The notes: a model not told the origin generated them from the letters alone. A stretch of 64,000 nt of DNA from Octopus sinensis (GCF_006345805.1 NC_043012.1:16740001-16804000), one strand, 5' to 3'; numbered from the stretch's first letter, positions 49,326-63,486 are shown. Translations and numbers: made by a program.

Positions 49326-49413
49326 ATACTAAAACACATACACTTACATATATACATACATATATATACGATTGATTTGTTTCAGTTCCTGTCCACGAAA
49401 TCCATATATATAT

Positions 49414-49482
<69 letters not shown>

Positions 49483-49584
49483 CATACATATATATATGTA
49501 TGTACACACACACACACAAAGATAAATTGATAGATACAACTGAGTGGGCAAACAAAAATGTGAGACACTGCGTAGAGCTTTTTT

Positions 49585-49890
49585 AAATTTTGATAAGCCT
49601 GGTACTTATTCTATCAGTTTCTTCTTGTGAAACCAGTATGTTATGGGGATGTAAATAAACGAACACCAGTTGTGAAGCAGTGATGAGGGAGAAACACAAA
49701 GACACATACACAGACTTACATACATACATACATACATATATATACGATTGATTTCTTTCAGTTTCTGTCTACAAAATCCACTGACAAGGCTTTGGTTGGT
49801 CTCAGGCTATAGTAGAAGACACATGCCAAGTTACCACACAGTGGGACTGAACTGAGAACCTTGCGTTTTGGAACCATAAGAATACTTATG
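49585..49890 (-). mobile_element. SINE family A, older copy
   Basis: Degenerate body on the minus strand. Confidence 0.75.
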
Positions 49891-50253
49891 CATAAATCTA
49901 AAATCTTAAATAATTTCTTTGTTATTGTAGTATATATAAGTAAAAAATGGAATATTCCCAAAATTGCATGATTAACTAAATGATTTCCATTTCTTATTTA
50001 AACGTGGCAATCCTTTCCCCTCTATGTTCGCCCCTTGTGGGTAGTAATAAAATCAACTGAATACTCGTCATGTAGTGCCTTACTGCTTTCTGCTGGATTT
50101 TACCTCGAGAAAGGAACCCTGAGGAAGGAGGGCTGAATTTCGAATACTTCGTACAACAAACGGCTGCAGGTTAGGAAAAAAAATTTAATCGCCTCTTTCA
50201 ATTCAGGTTTTCATTTTTCATGTTTTTATTTGTATTTCATTGTTATGTTTATA

Positions 50254-50736
50254 TTGGGTTGTCCGGAAAGTTCGTTCCGATTTTTAAAGGAAAGTACATG
50301 GTCACTAAATACTCTTCCCAGAATTGGGGTGGTTTCAAGGCAAATAATTCATCAAGGTATCTTTTTACGTCATCTAAGGAATTGAAATTTTCACCATTAA
50401 GACTATTCTGCAGAGACCTGAATAAGTGGAAATCCGAAGGAGTAATATCTGGTGAATATGGAGGGTGGGGTAAGTCACCCCAGCCAAGCTGCAGCAATTT
50501 TTGTCTGGTTCCCAAAGCATCAAATGCCGATAATGAATTTTTCTCATCTTTTAATTTAAAGGTTTACAGAATTAACACAGGTTATTGGAACATAAACCTT
50601 CTTCCACGAAAAGATAGATTAAACTGTGCTCCAAATGGAGGTGTAGTCAAATCCTATTTTATGGACTCAAACATGTTCTAAAATAAGTCGAAAGATAAGC
50701 TACTATAAATCTGCAAGAACTTTCCGGACAACCCAA
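50254..50736 (-). mobile_element. mariner internal-deletion derivative with intact TIRs
   Basis: TA|TTGGGTTGTCCGGAAAGTTC...GAACTTTCCGGACAACCCAA|TA; internal HPPYSPDITPSDFHLF transposase C-terminus. Confidence 0.92.
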
Positions 50737-51239
50737 TATTTCTATATTTTTATCATGAAATTCTTAATATAAATATGTGGATATTCGTATGGAATAATAC
50801 CTCATGTGCTACATCTGAATTTTCTTGTCTGAATGTTTTAAGACAAATATCCGAAATTTTTATCGTATACCACATTTTATTAATACTTAGCTCATATACG
50901 GAGACAAAAATGTTGTACTATATACTGCAGGTTATCTCCATTAAAATTATATTTAGCATTAGAATTCTTCAAGTAGTATAAAAATGGTTGTCTGCATCAT
51001 TCGAAAGCGAAATAAATTTTGCATAAGGTGTAAAAGATAAAAAATAATTTGTATGGTGTTAGTAACAAAATATTTTGTAAGAAATAGAACTTTTATCGTC
51101 TGTCTTAAATATATTTTCGCCAGTGTATATATCTCAGGTCATCCCATAAGTTCTGTCTGAATTTTGGATAAAGAATACAAGTGATCAAATGTTATATTTA
51201 ATTGAAAGTTAATCATCAATGTACTTTCCCTAATTATCT

Positions 51240-52170
51240 ATGACTTACCTCCATCTATTTACAAGCTTTTTAATCCCATCAACGTAAAACTCTTTTGGTT
51301 TGAAAGCGAAGAACTCTGAAATGTCAGGTTCGACCTCCCCCTGGCTTGCGAAAGTTGTATCCCCCTACTAATTCTGTAAACTATGAAACAAATGGTATCC
51401 TGAAGGAGTATGGTCGGGAGAATAAGTTGGATGAAGAATTTTTTCCAAACCGACCCCTTCGATCTTCTGTGATGTGATCTTTGCAGTGTGGGGTTGCGCA
51501 TTGTCCTGATGAAACATCACTCGTTTTCGACTCACTAAAGCGGCTCTTTTTTCCTTCAAAGCTTGATTCAAACGCTCTAATTGCTGACAGTAGACTTGAG
51601 CATTGATTGCTGCATTAGGTGGTAAAAATATAAAGTGAATTACGCCTTTGCAATCACACCAGATAGAGAGTAGAACCTTTTTCCCATGAAGTTCCCTTCT
51701 CGGTTGTGGTTGAGAATTTTCCCTTTTACCAAGCCACTGTTTACGACGTCTAACATTTCGATAGAAAATCCATTTTTCATCACAAGTCTATCGAAAAAGG
51801 GTGAAATGAGTTTGCGAGAATGGAGAGAAGAGCAGATGCCAACTCGGGATTTGCGGTTGGTTTCGGACAATACATAAGGCACCTATTTTCCAAGTTTAGG
51901 AACCTTTCCACGTTGTTGATGACGATGAACTGTTGTATGGTTTGAAGTAAGCTTTATTGTCAATTCTTCAACTGATAATGACGGATTTTCTTCAAGTAAT
52001 GCCTCAAGGAGCTTGTCAAACTCAACTGGACATCCTGTTCGATATTCATCTTCAATTTTGCAGACGATCTCCTGCAAGTTCTTTCATTCGAGCACTTTGC
52101 TATAAACTGAGTGTATGTTTCGAGTCACTTCGGCATCAGAGTTACCTTTATTGTACTCATAAAGAATTAT
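51240..52170 (-). pseudogene. mariner transposase pseudogene
   Basis: RTGCPVEFD..LLEENP; MFHQDNAQPH..HPTYSPDHTPSGYHLF; multiple frameshifts. Confidence 0.88.
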
Positions 52171-52215
52171 ATGTGCCTTAAATGCTCCTTGGATACTTCC
52201 ATCAGAGCAATTTTA

Positions 52216-53502
52216 GGGTGTCCACGAAGTCTGGGTTTATGGAATAAAATCATAACATAAGAAATAATAATTTTCCTTTTTTACTTTTGTTTAAATTAAA
52301 TAAAAAAAATACTTTACTTTTCTAAATTTATTTTTTCTACAGATGATCGAATGATGGCTCTGTCTAAAGAAGAAAGAATCCCAGATCGAATGATGAATCT
52401 GTCTAAAGAAGAAAGAATCGAGTTAGTATTATTAAGTGGACGAGAGGGATGGTCTTATCGCAAAATTGCGGAAGAATTTAATCTTCCACACCCTTGTAGG
52501 CAACTTATTTATTTTACTGCCGTCAGGAAATTGATCAAGAAATTTAAAGAAACAGGCAGTGTTTCGGATAAACCCCGTTCCGGGCGACCAAAGACTTCAG
52601 ATGAAACTAAAGAGGCTGTCGAGGCTAAAGTTTCTGCTAGCTAGCCCCCCAAAATCACTTCGTCGGACATCTACGGTGTTAGGTGTTCCAAAACCAACCA
52701 TCCACAAAATTCTGGTTGAGGAAAAGTTTCATCGATACAACCTACAGATATTGCATCACTTAAATTAAGACGATCCTGATAGACGAATAAATTGGATGAA
52801 AATATCAATTTTACGAAAAACTTTGTGTTGTTCAGTGACAAAGCTACGTTTTATGTAAATGGTAAGGTCAACAGACAGAATCTTCTATACTGGTCTCGAG
52901 GTAATCCACATTGGATGGATCTATCCAAACAGCAAGACAGCAAAAAGGTGATGGTGTGGTGTGGTTTTTGGAAAGCTCATGTTCTAGGACCCTTCTTCAT
53001 TGAACATGTAACGGATGAGACTTATGCAAATATATTGAGAGACAAATTAATATCTTAAATTGAGCGCCTAGGCGAGGACCTTCCAAATTGGTTTCAGCAG
53101 GATGAGGCCCCTACCCATTTTGCCACAACTGTTAGAGATTGATTTAATGACACTTTTCCTCCTCACTAGATTGGAAGAAGGGGTCATATGGAATGGTCCC
53201 CTCGTTCACCAGACCTTTCTCCCCTTGATTTCTTTTTCTGGGGTATGTTGAAAGAGAAAGTTTACTCAATAAAGATTACAGATTTAAAACACGAGAGAAC
53301 GCATTACCAGTCAGTGTGCTTAAATTGATGGCAATATAGACTTATTTAATCAAGTTCACCTGAATTTTGCAAGGCGCATCAAGTTATGCATTCAAAATGA
53401 TGGAAATCACTTTGAAAATATTATTTATTATAATTAAATAAAATTGTTTTGTTTTAAAAGTATGTGTTAATTCCCATGTACGCAGACTTTGTGGACACCG
53501 TC
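52216..53502 (+). mobile_element. Tc1/mariner DD41D (rosa/Visitor-type) element, near full length, decayed
   Basis: Imperfect TIRs GGTGTCCAC(G/A)AAGTCTG(G/C)GT; KFKETGSV..RSGRP HTH; FSD; QQD followed by 41 codons to the D of SPDLSPLDFFFWG; two TGG-to-stop changes. Confidence 0.88.
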
Positions 53503-54299
53503 TATTATTTTGTAAAACAATATTGAATTAGTTTAAACGTACACAAATGCATAAAAATAATTTTTAATTGAATTAGACATTTGCAAATACTATTAAATTT
53601 CATTCAACTCTAAAAAGCAGGTAAAATTGGACAGAACTGACTGGATGACTTGATATATATAATCTATGATATTCTAGTAAGTTTCAAGTTTATAACACCT
53701 TGATATCTCATTTTATATGCCTAAGACGTTTATTTTCTATTCTGGTTTTTATATATTTCTATACATTATATTTGTATCTATAATTTATTTTAAGCCGAAA
53801 CATAATACGATCCTTGTACGAACGAAAGAACAAGAATGTCCTCTGGAACGTTTATCTTCCACCGGCGACTATCTTATATTTTACAGAGAAATTGGAAGCC
53901 CCGAATGTAAGTCAGCGCTTTATGCATAATTCAATATTCATAGTTCTCTATTTCTAACAGAAATTCTGTCCTCAATAACTATAGATCTATTTCTAAATGT
54001 ATTTCTTTTTCTTTTCCTTCATGCACGCCCGTCTGCCTCTTGACAAAGCTTTCTTTCTCCAGCGTTCACCACGTCATCTCGTTAGGGTTAACCAGCCCTT
54101 ACCGAAAATTTTGACTGTCCTGATTTTGTTAGCAGCTTTGACGTTCCACGTATCTCAAATTTTATCTAATTTGGTTTGGGGGAGCAATTGCTTTGACGAA
54201 GACACATCTTGTTGCAATGCGGAGCAAGTAAAATTGCCAACATCTGAGGAAGAGTTGTTTGTTCTTTTATATTCTGCCTTCACGCTATAGTTCTCTATG

Positions 54300-55867
54300 A
54301 AGCCAAGCCAAGCCAAGCCAAGCCAAGCCAAGCCAAGCCAAGCCAAGCCAAGCCAAGCCAAGCCAAGCCAAGCCAAGCCAAGCCAAGCCAAGCCAAGCCA
54401 AGCCAAGCCAAGCCAAGCCAAGCCAAGCCAAGCCAAGCCAGCCAAGCCAGCAGCCAAGCCAAGCCAAGCCAAGCCAAGCCAAGCCAAGCCAAGCCAAGCA
54501 AGCCAAGCCAAGCCAAGCCAGCCAAGCCAAGCCAAGCCAAGCCAAGCCAAGCCAAGCAGCCAAGCCAAGCCAAGCCAAGCCAAGCCAAGCCAAGCCAAGC
54601 CAAGCCAAGCCAAGCCAAGCCAAGCCAAGCCAAGCCAAGCCAAGCCAAGCCAAGCCAAGCCAAGCCAAGCCAAGCCAAGCCAAGCCAAGCCAAGCCAAGC
54701 CAAGCAAAGCCAAGCCAAGCCAAGCCAAGCCAAGCCAAGCCAAGCCAAGCCAAGCCAAGCCAAGCCAAGCCAAGCCAAGCCAAGCCAAGCCAAGCCAAGC
54801 CAAGCCAAGCCAAGCCAAGCAAGCAAGCCAAGCCAAGCCAAGCCAAGCCAGCCAAGCCAAGCCAAGCCAAGCCAAGCCAAGCCAAGCCAAGCAAGCCAAG
54901 CAAGCCAAGCCAAGCCAGCCAAGCCAGCCAGCCAAGCCAAGCCAAGCCAAGCAAGCCAAGCCAAGCCAGCCAAGCCAAGCCAAGCCAAGCCAAGCCAAGC
55001 CAAGCAAGCCAAGCCAAGCAAGCCAAGCCAAGCCAAGCCAAGCCAAGCCAAGCCAAGCCAAGCCAAGCCAAGCCAAGCCAAGCCAAGCCAAGCCAAGCCA
55101 AGCCAAGCCAAGCCAAGCCAAGCCAAGCCAAGCAAGCCAGCCAAGCCAAGCCAAGCCAGCCAAGCCAAGCCAAGCCAAGCCAAGCAAGCCAAGCCAAGCC
55201 AAGCCAAGCCAAGCAAGCCAAGCCAAGCCAAGCCAAGCCAAGCCAAGCCAAGCAAGCCAAGCCAAGCCAAGCCAAGCCAAGCCAGCCAAGCCAAGCCAAG
55301 CCAAGCCAAGCCAAGCCAAGCCAAGCCAAGCCAAGCCAAGCCAAGCAAGCCAAGCCAAGCAAGCCAAGCCAAGCCAAGCCAAGCCAAGCCAAGCAAGCCA
55401 AGCCAAGCCAAGCCAAGCCAAGCCAAGCCAAGCCAAGCCAAGCCAAGCAAGCCAACCAAGCCAAGCCAAGCCAAGCAAGCCAAGCCAAGCAGCCAAGCCA
55501 AGCCAAGCCAAGCCAAGCCAAGCCAGCCAAGCCAAGCCAAGCCAAGCCAAGCCAAGCCAAGCCAAGCCAAGCCAAGCCAAGCCAAGCCAAGCAAGCCAAG
55601 CCAAGCCGCCAAGCCAAGCCAAGCCAAGCCAACCAAGCCAAGCAAGCCAAGCCAAGCCAAGCCAAGCCAAGCAAGCCAAGCCAAGCCAAGCCAAGCCAGC
55701 CAAGCCAAGCCAAGCCAAGCCAAGCCAAGCCAAGCCGCCAAGCCAAGCCAAGCCAAGCCAGCAAGCCAAGCCAAGCCAAGCCAAGCCAAGCCAAGCCAAG
55801 CCAAGCCAAGCCAAGCCAAGCCAAGCCAAGCCAAGCCAAGCCAAGCCAAGCCAAGCCAAGCCAAGCC
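54300..55867. repeat. (AGCCA)n / (TTGGC)n pentanucleotide array, ~1.57 kb
   Basis: Directly visible; interruptions are mostly single-base deletions (AGCA, GCCA). Confidence 0.97.
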
Positions 55868-56016
55868 CTCGTAGTAGGAAGACCAAAGCCGTAGCGCTCA
55901 CTGTAGTCTCGTGGACAGCGAGCCCAATGGCGCCCAGAGCGAGCTCTGGTCGCCATAGCGCTCACTGTAGTCTCGTGGCCGTGGACAGCGAGCCCAATGG
56001 CGCCCAGAGCCCTGCT

Positions 56017-56186
56017 CCTGACACTCCGTGGACCCTAAGCAAGGCATGTGTAAAATTTGAATGAAATTGGTTGTGTAGTTCTCAAGTTATAGGGATTCAC
56101 ACAGACAGATAGATACACATTCTTAGTTTCATATATATCGATATACTAGCATTATGACCCGGTCTTTGCCGGGTCATAGTGCTAGT
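56017..56186 (-). mobile_element. Helitron-type 5' end (56017-56141) abutting a double-ended 3' hairpin (56145-56186)
   Basis: Minus: A|TCGATATATATGAAACTAAGAATGTGTATCTATCTGTCTG..AACCAATTTCATTCAAATTTT; adjacent palindrome ACTAGCATTATGACCCGG-TCTTTG-CCGGGTCATAGTGCTAGT. Confidence 0.65.
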
Positions 56187-56529
56187 CCATGTATATATGA
56201 GTATATATATGTGTTCATATTACATGTACACATATATATACATATATATATATACATTTACACATAAAATACAAAATACAATGTTATATCTTGATATCGC
56301 TAGTGATAACGATACTCAAAATATATAACAGACTGGAATTGTAGGCCCGTCTCTTGCAATTTCGACCAATTGTATTTTGTCCTCCCTCTGGTGTAGAAGT
56401 GTGGCTACAATCCAGCCTACCTCTACTTCTGCGGGGATATCTTTCATAGTCGCACCAAGACACTTTTCGATGGTGCTTTCCTCCAGGTGTTCAAATCTTC
56501 TTTTTTTCTCTACATTGTATGCTTTATAG

Positions 56530-59500
56530 ACAATTGTATATATGCAAATTGTATATAGGTATGTAAATATATGCAAATTGTATATAGGTATGTAAATATA
56601 TGCAAATTGTATATAGGTATGTAAATATATGCAAATTGTATATAGGTATGTAAATATATGCAAATTGTATATAGGTATGTAAATATATGCAAATTGTATA
56701 TAGGTATGTATATACATGCAAATTGTATATAGGTATGTATATACATGCAAATTGTATATAGGTATGTAAATACATGCAAATTGTATATAGGTATGTAAAT
56801 ACATGCAAATTGTATATAGGTATGTAAATACGTGCAAATTGCATATAGGTATGTAAATACGTGCAAATTGCATATAGGTATGTAAATATATGCAAATTGC
56901 ATATAGGTATGTAAATATATACAAATTGCATATATGTATGTAAATATGTATAAATTGCATATATGTATGTAAATATGTATAAATTGCATATATGTATGTA
57001 AATATATACAAACTGCATATATGTATGTAAATATATACAAACTGCATATATGTATGTAAATATATACAAACCGCATATATGCATGTAAATATATACAAAC
57101 CGCATATATGCATGTAAATATATACAAATCGCATATATGCATGTAAATATATACAAAATATATATGCATACAAATTATATATATGTATATAAACGTATAA
57201 AAATTATAGATATGTATATAAACGTATACAAATTATAGATATGTATATAAACGTATACAAATTATATATGTATATAAACGTATACAAATTATATATATGT
57301 ATATGAACGGACACAAATTATATACATGTATATGAACGGACACAAATTATATACATGTATATAAACGTATACAAATTATATATATGTATATAAACGTATA
57401 CAAATTATATATTTGTATATAAATATATACAAAATATATATAATTATATATATAATTTGTATATATTTATATACATATATACAAATTATATATTTGTATA
57501 TGAATATATACAAATTATATATTTGTATATGAATATATACAAATTATATATATGTATATGAATATATACAAATTATATATGTGTATATGAATATATACAA
57601 ATTATATATATATATAAAGATATACAAATTATATATATGTATATGAAGGTATACAAATTACATATATGTATATGAAGATATCCAATTTAAATATATGTAT
57701 ATGAAGATATACAACTTATATATATGTATATGAAGCTATACAAATTACATATATGTATATAAAGACATACAAATTATATATATGTATATGAAAGTATACA
57801 AATTACATATATGTGTATGAAGATATACAAATGACATATATGTATATGTATATATACAACTTACATAAATGTATCTGAATATATACAACTTATATATATA
57901 TATGTATATAAAGATATACAAATTACATATATGTATATGAAGATATACAAATTACATATATGTATATGAAGATATACAAATTACATATATGTATATGAAG
58001 ATATACAAATTACATATATGTATATGAAGATATACAAATTACATATATGTATATGAAGATATAGAAATTACATATATGTATATGAAGATATAGAAAATAC
58101 ATATATGTATATGAAGATATAGAAATTACATATATGTATATGAAGATATACAAATTATATATATGTATATGAATATATATAAATTATGTATATGAATATG
58201 TACAAATTATATATATATATATATGAATATATACAAATTATATATATGTATATGAAGATATACAAATTATATATATGTATGTGAAAATATACAAATTATA
58301 TATATGTATATGAAGATATACAAATTATATATATGTATATGAAGATATACAAATTATATATATGTATATGAAGATATACAAATTATGTATATGAAGATAT
58401 ACAAATTATATATACGTATATGAATATATACAATTTATATATATGTATATGAAGATATACAAATTATATATATGTATATGAAGATATACAAATTAAATAT
58501 ATGTATATGAATATATACAAATTATATACATATATATGCATATGAATATATACAAATTATATACATGCATATGAATATATACAAATTATATACATGCATA
58601 TGAATATCTACAAATTATATACATGCATATGAATATCTACAAATTATATATATGCATATGAATATATACAAATTATATATATATGTATATGAATATATAC
58701 AAATTATATATATGCATATGAATATATACAAATTATATATATATGTATATGAAGATATACAAATTACATATATGTATATGAAGATATCCAATTTAAACAT
58801 ATGTATATGAAGATATACAAATTACATATATGTATATAAAGATATACAAATTATATGTATATGAAGGTATACAAATTACATATATGTATATAAAGATATA
58901 CAAATTACATATATGTATATGAAGGTATACAAATTACATATATGTATATGAATATATACAAATTACATATATGTATATGAATATATACAAATTAGATATA
59001 TGAATATGAAGATATACAAATTACATATATGTATATGTATATATACAAATTACATAAATATATGAATATATACAAATTATATATATGTATATGAAGATAT
59101 ACAACTTACATATATGTATATGAAGATATACAAATTACATATATGTATATGAATATATACAAATTACATATATGTATATGAAGATATACAAATTATATAT
59201 ATGTATATGAAGATATACAAATTATATATATGTATATGAAGATATACAAATTATATATATGTAAATGAAGATATACAAATTATATATATGTATATGAAGA
59301 TATACAAATTAAATATATGTAGATGAATATATTCAAATTATATATATGCATATGAATATATACAAATTATATACATGCATATGAATATCTACAAATTATA
59401 TACATGCATATGAATATCTACAAATTATATACATGCATATGAATATATACAAATTATATATATGCATATGAATATATACAAATTATATATATGCATATGA

Positions 59501-62480
59501 ATATATACAAATTATATATATGCACATATATATATACAAATTATATATATGCATACAAATATATACAAATTATATATATGTATATAAATATATACAAATT
59601 ATATATATGCATATGAATATATACAAATTATATATATGAATATAGATATATACAAACTATATATCTGTATACAAATATATACAAATTATATATCTGTATA
59701 CAAATATATACAAATTATATATCTGTATACAAATATATTCAAATTATATATATGTATACAAATTATATATATGTATATAAACGTATACAAATTATATATT
59801 TGTATATATATGTATACAAATTTGTATATATTTATATACATATATATAAATATATACAAATTATATAGATGTATATATATATATAACAATTATATTTTGT
59901 ATTGAATATATACAATTATATATTTGTATATGAATATATACAAATTATATATTTGTATATGAATATATACAAATTATATATTTGTATATGAATATATACA
60001 AATTATATATTTGTATATGAATATATACAAATTATATATGTGTATATGAATATATACAAATTATATATATATGTATATGAATATATACAAATTATATATA
60101 TATGTATATGAATATATACAAATTATATATATATGTATATGAATATATACAAATTATATATATATGTATATGATTATATACAAATTATATATATGTATAT
60201 AAATATATATATATGTATATGATTATATACAAATTATATATATGTATATAAATATATATATGTATATAAATATATATTCAAATTATATATATGTATATAA
60301 ATATATATTCAAATTATATATATGTATATAAATATATATTCAAATTATATATATGTACACAAATATATACAAATTATATATATGTATACAAATATATACA
60401 AATTATATATATGTATACAAATTATATACATGTATATAAACGTATACAAATTATATATACGTATATAAATGTATACAAATTATATATATGTATATAAATG
60501 TATACAAATTATATATATGTATATAAATGTATACAAATTATATATATGTATATAAATGTATACAAATTATATATATATGTATATAAACGTATACAAATTA
60601 TATATATGTATATAGACGTATACAAATTATATATATGTATATAAACGTATACAAATTATATATATGCATATAAATGTATACAAATTATATATATGTATAT
60701 AAATGTATACAAATTATATATATGTATACAAATTATATATATGTATATAAATGTATACAAATTATATATATGCATACAAATATATACAAATTATATATAT
60801 GCATATGAATATATACAAATTATATATCTGTATACAAATATATACAAATTATATATCTGTATACAAATATATACAAATTATATAACTGTATACAAATATA
60901 TACAAATTATATATATGTATACAAATATATACAAATTATATATATGTATACAAATTATATATATGTATATAAACGTATACAAATTATATATTTGTATATA
61001 AACGTATACAAATTATATATTTGTATATAAATGTATACAAATTATATATAATTATATATAATTGTATATATTTATATACATATATATAAATATATACAAA
61101 TTATATATATGTATATAAATATATACAATTATATATTTGTATATGAATATATACAAATTGTATATATGTATATGAATATATACAATTATATATATATATA
61201 TGAATATATACAAATTATATATGTATATAAATATATACAAATATATATATGTATATAAATATATATTCAAATTATATATGTACACAATATATACAAATTA
61301 TATATATGTATACAAATATATACAAATTATATATATGTATACAAATATATACAAATTATATATATGTATACAAATTATATATATGTATATAAATGTATAC
61401 AAATTATATATATGTATATAAACATATACAAATTATATATATGTATATAAACGTATACAAATTATATATATGTATATAAACGTATACAAATTATATATAT
61501 TTATACAAATTATATATATGTATATAAATGTATACAAATTATATATATGTATATAAATGTATACAAATTATATATATGTATATAAATGTATACAAATTAT
61601 ATATATGTATATAAATGTATACAAATTATATACATGTATATAAATGTATACAAATTATATACATGTATATAAATGTATACAAATTATATACATGTATATA
61701 ATGTATACAAATATATACATGTATATAAACGTATACAAATTATATACATGTATAAAACGTATACAAATTATATACATGTATATAAACGTATACAAATTAT
61801 ATACATGTATATACGTATACAAATTATATACATGTATATAAACGTATACAAATTATATACATGTATATAAACGTATACAAATTATATACATGTATATAAC
61901 GTATACAAATTATATACATGTATATAAACGTATACAAATTATATACATGTATATAAACGTATACAAATTATATACATGTATATAAACGTATACAAATTAT
62001 ATACATGTATATAAACGTATACAAATTATATACATGTATATAAACGTATACAAATTATATACATGTATATAAACGTATACAAATTATATACATGTATATA
62101 AACGTATACAAATTATATACATGTATATAAACGTATACAAATTATATACATGTATATAAACGTATACAAATTATATACATGTATATAAACGTATACAAAT
62201 TATATACATGTATATAAACGTATACAAATTATATACATGTATATAAACGTATACAAATTATATACATGTATATAAACGTATACAAATTATATACATGTAT
62301 ATAAACGTATACAAATTATATATATGTATATAAACGTATACAAATTATATATATGTATATAAACGTATACAAATTATATATATGTATATAAATGTATACA
62401 AATTATATATATGTATATAAATGTATACAAATTATATATATGTATATAAATGTATACAAATTATATATATTAATATGTAT
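56530..62480. repeat. ~6 kb AT-rich minisatellite, 29-bp core unit
   Basis: CAAATT recurs at 56545/56574/56603 and AAACG at 62042/62071 (period 29); TA-slippage variants occur; unit sequence drifts along the array. Confidence 0.95.
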
Positions 62481-62566
62481 ATAAATGTATACAAATTATA
62501 TATATATTTATATTATATATATAACATATTATATATATATATAAATGTATACAAATTATATATATT

Positions 62567-62619
<53 letters not shown>

Positions 62620-63486
62620 TGTATACAATGTATACACTGTCCAAGCCTTGCTAGCACGGAAAACGGGCTTTAAAAACGATGATGATGATTCTCCGTATTT
62701 TTCTCTCTCCTTTCTCTCTCACTTTCCCACTCTCTTAGTTTTCTTATCTCTCGGACTCTTCCTTGCTTTCTCTTACTCTCTATTTTATCTATATCTCTCT
62801 CCATTTATTTAAACAACAGAAGATCTTGAGTAAGTTGAAAAATAAATATTTAGAAAGATCAATCTGAAATATGAGGCAGTGATAATGGAAAAGTCTGCTT
62901 CAAGGCAGACAGCAAAATGCTAACATTTAAAAGGGACAGACGGACTTGCGAGCTGAAGAAAAATAATAAAATATTGGAAACCAAAGTTTGAAGGGATAGA
63001 ATCTGAGGATAGTAGAGTCACCATGGCTGGCACTTCTTAACGACGGACAGCAACGTAGTGACAGTTTAACGACTGGCGTAAAATTTTCAACTTGATGTAA
63101 AAGAAAATTCGTAAACACCAAGTTTTGAAGTGATTCTTTCTCACGACAGTAGACTCACCATGGACTCTTTATCATGGACGGCAACACATTGACGATTAAA
63201 AGGCTGGCGCAAATTTTTTAGCTTGATGTAACAGAGAATTCCTAAACACCCGCTCCTTTAAATTTTAATCCCATTCCAGCCCCATTTAGACCACTTTTCA
63301 CATTTTGGTTAACATAACCCGATTTCATTCGGGTCTACTGGGGCCACATTTTATAAGATGAGGAATTTTGTCCTAGAGGTGACGCCTTTCATTTGAGGGA
63401 AAAAATAGTTGTCATGCAAACTTGCCAGCACTTTTAACATAGGTATGCATATTTTCAGCTGAATCGACCGACTACGTAATGCACAC

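Noticed and set aside
54300-55867. Interstitial telomere
   Set aside because: The mollusc telomere repeat is TTAGGG, which is absent; TTGGC is only superficially similar.
54155-55965. Four ORFs of 525-569 aa (AWLGL / AKPSQ repeats)
   Set aside because: They are a direct consequence of the stop-free AGCCA pentamer; the flanking residues show no recognisable protein.
56316-62618. Many Y/I/C/H-rich ORFs
   Set aside because: They are translations of the 29-bp minisatellite and TA tracts.
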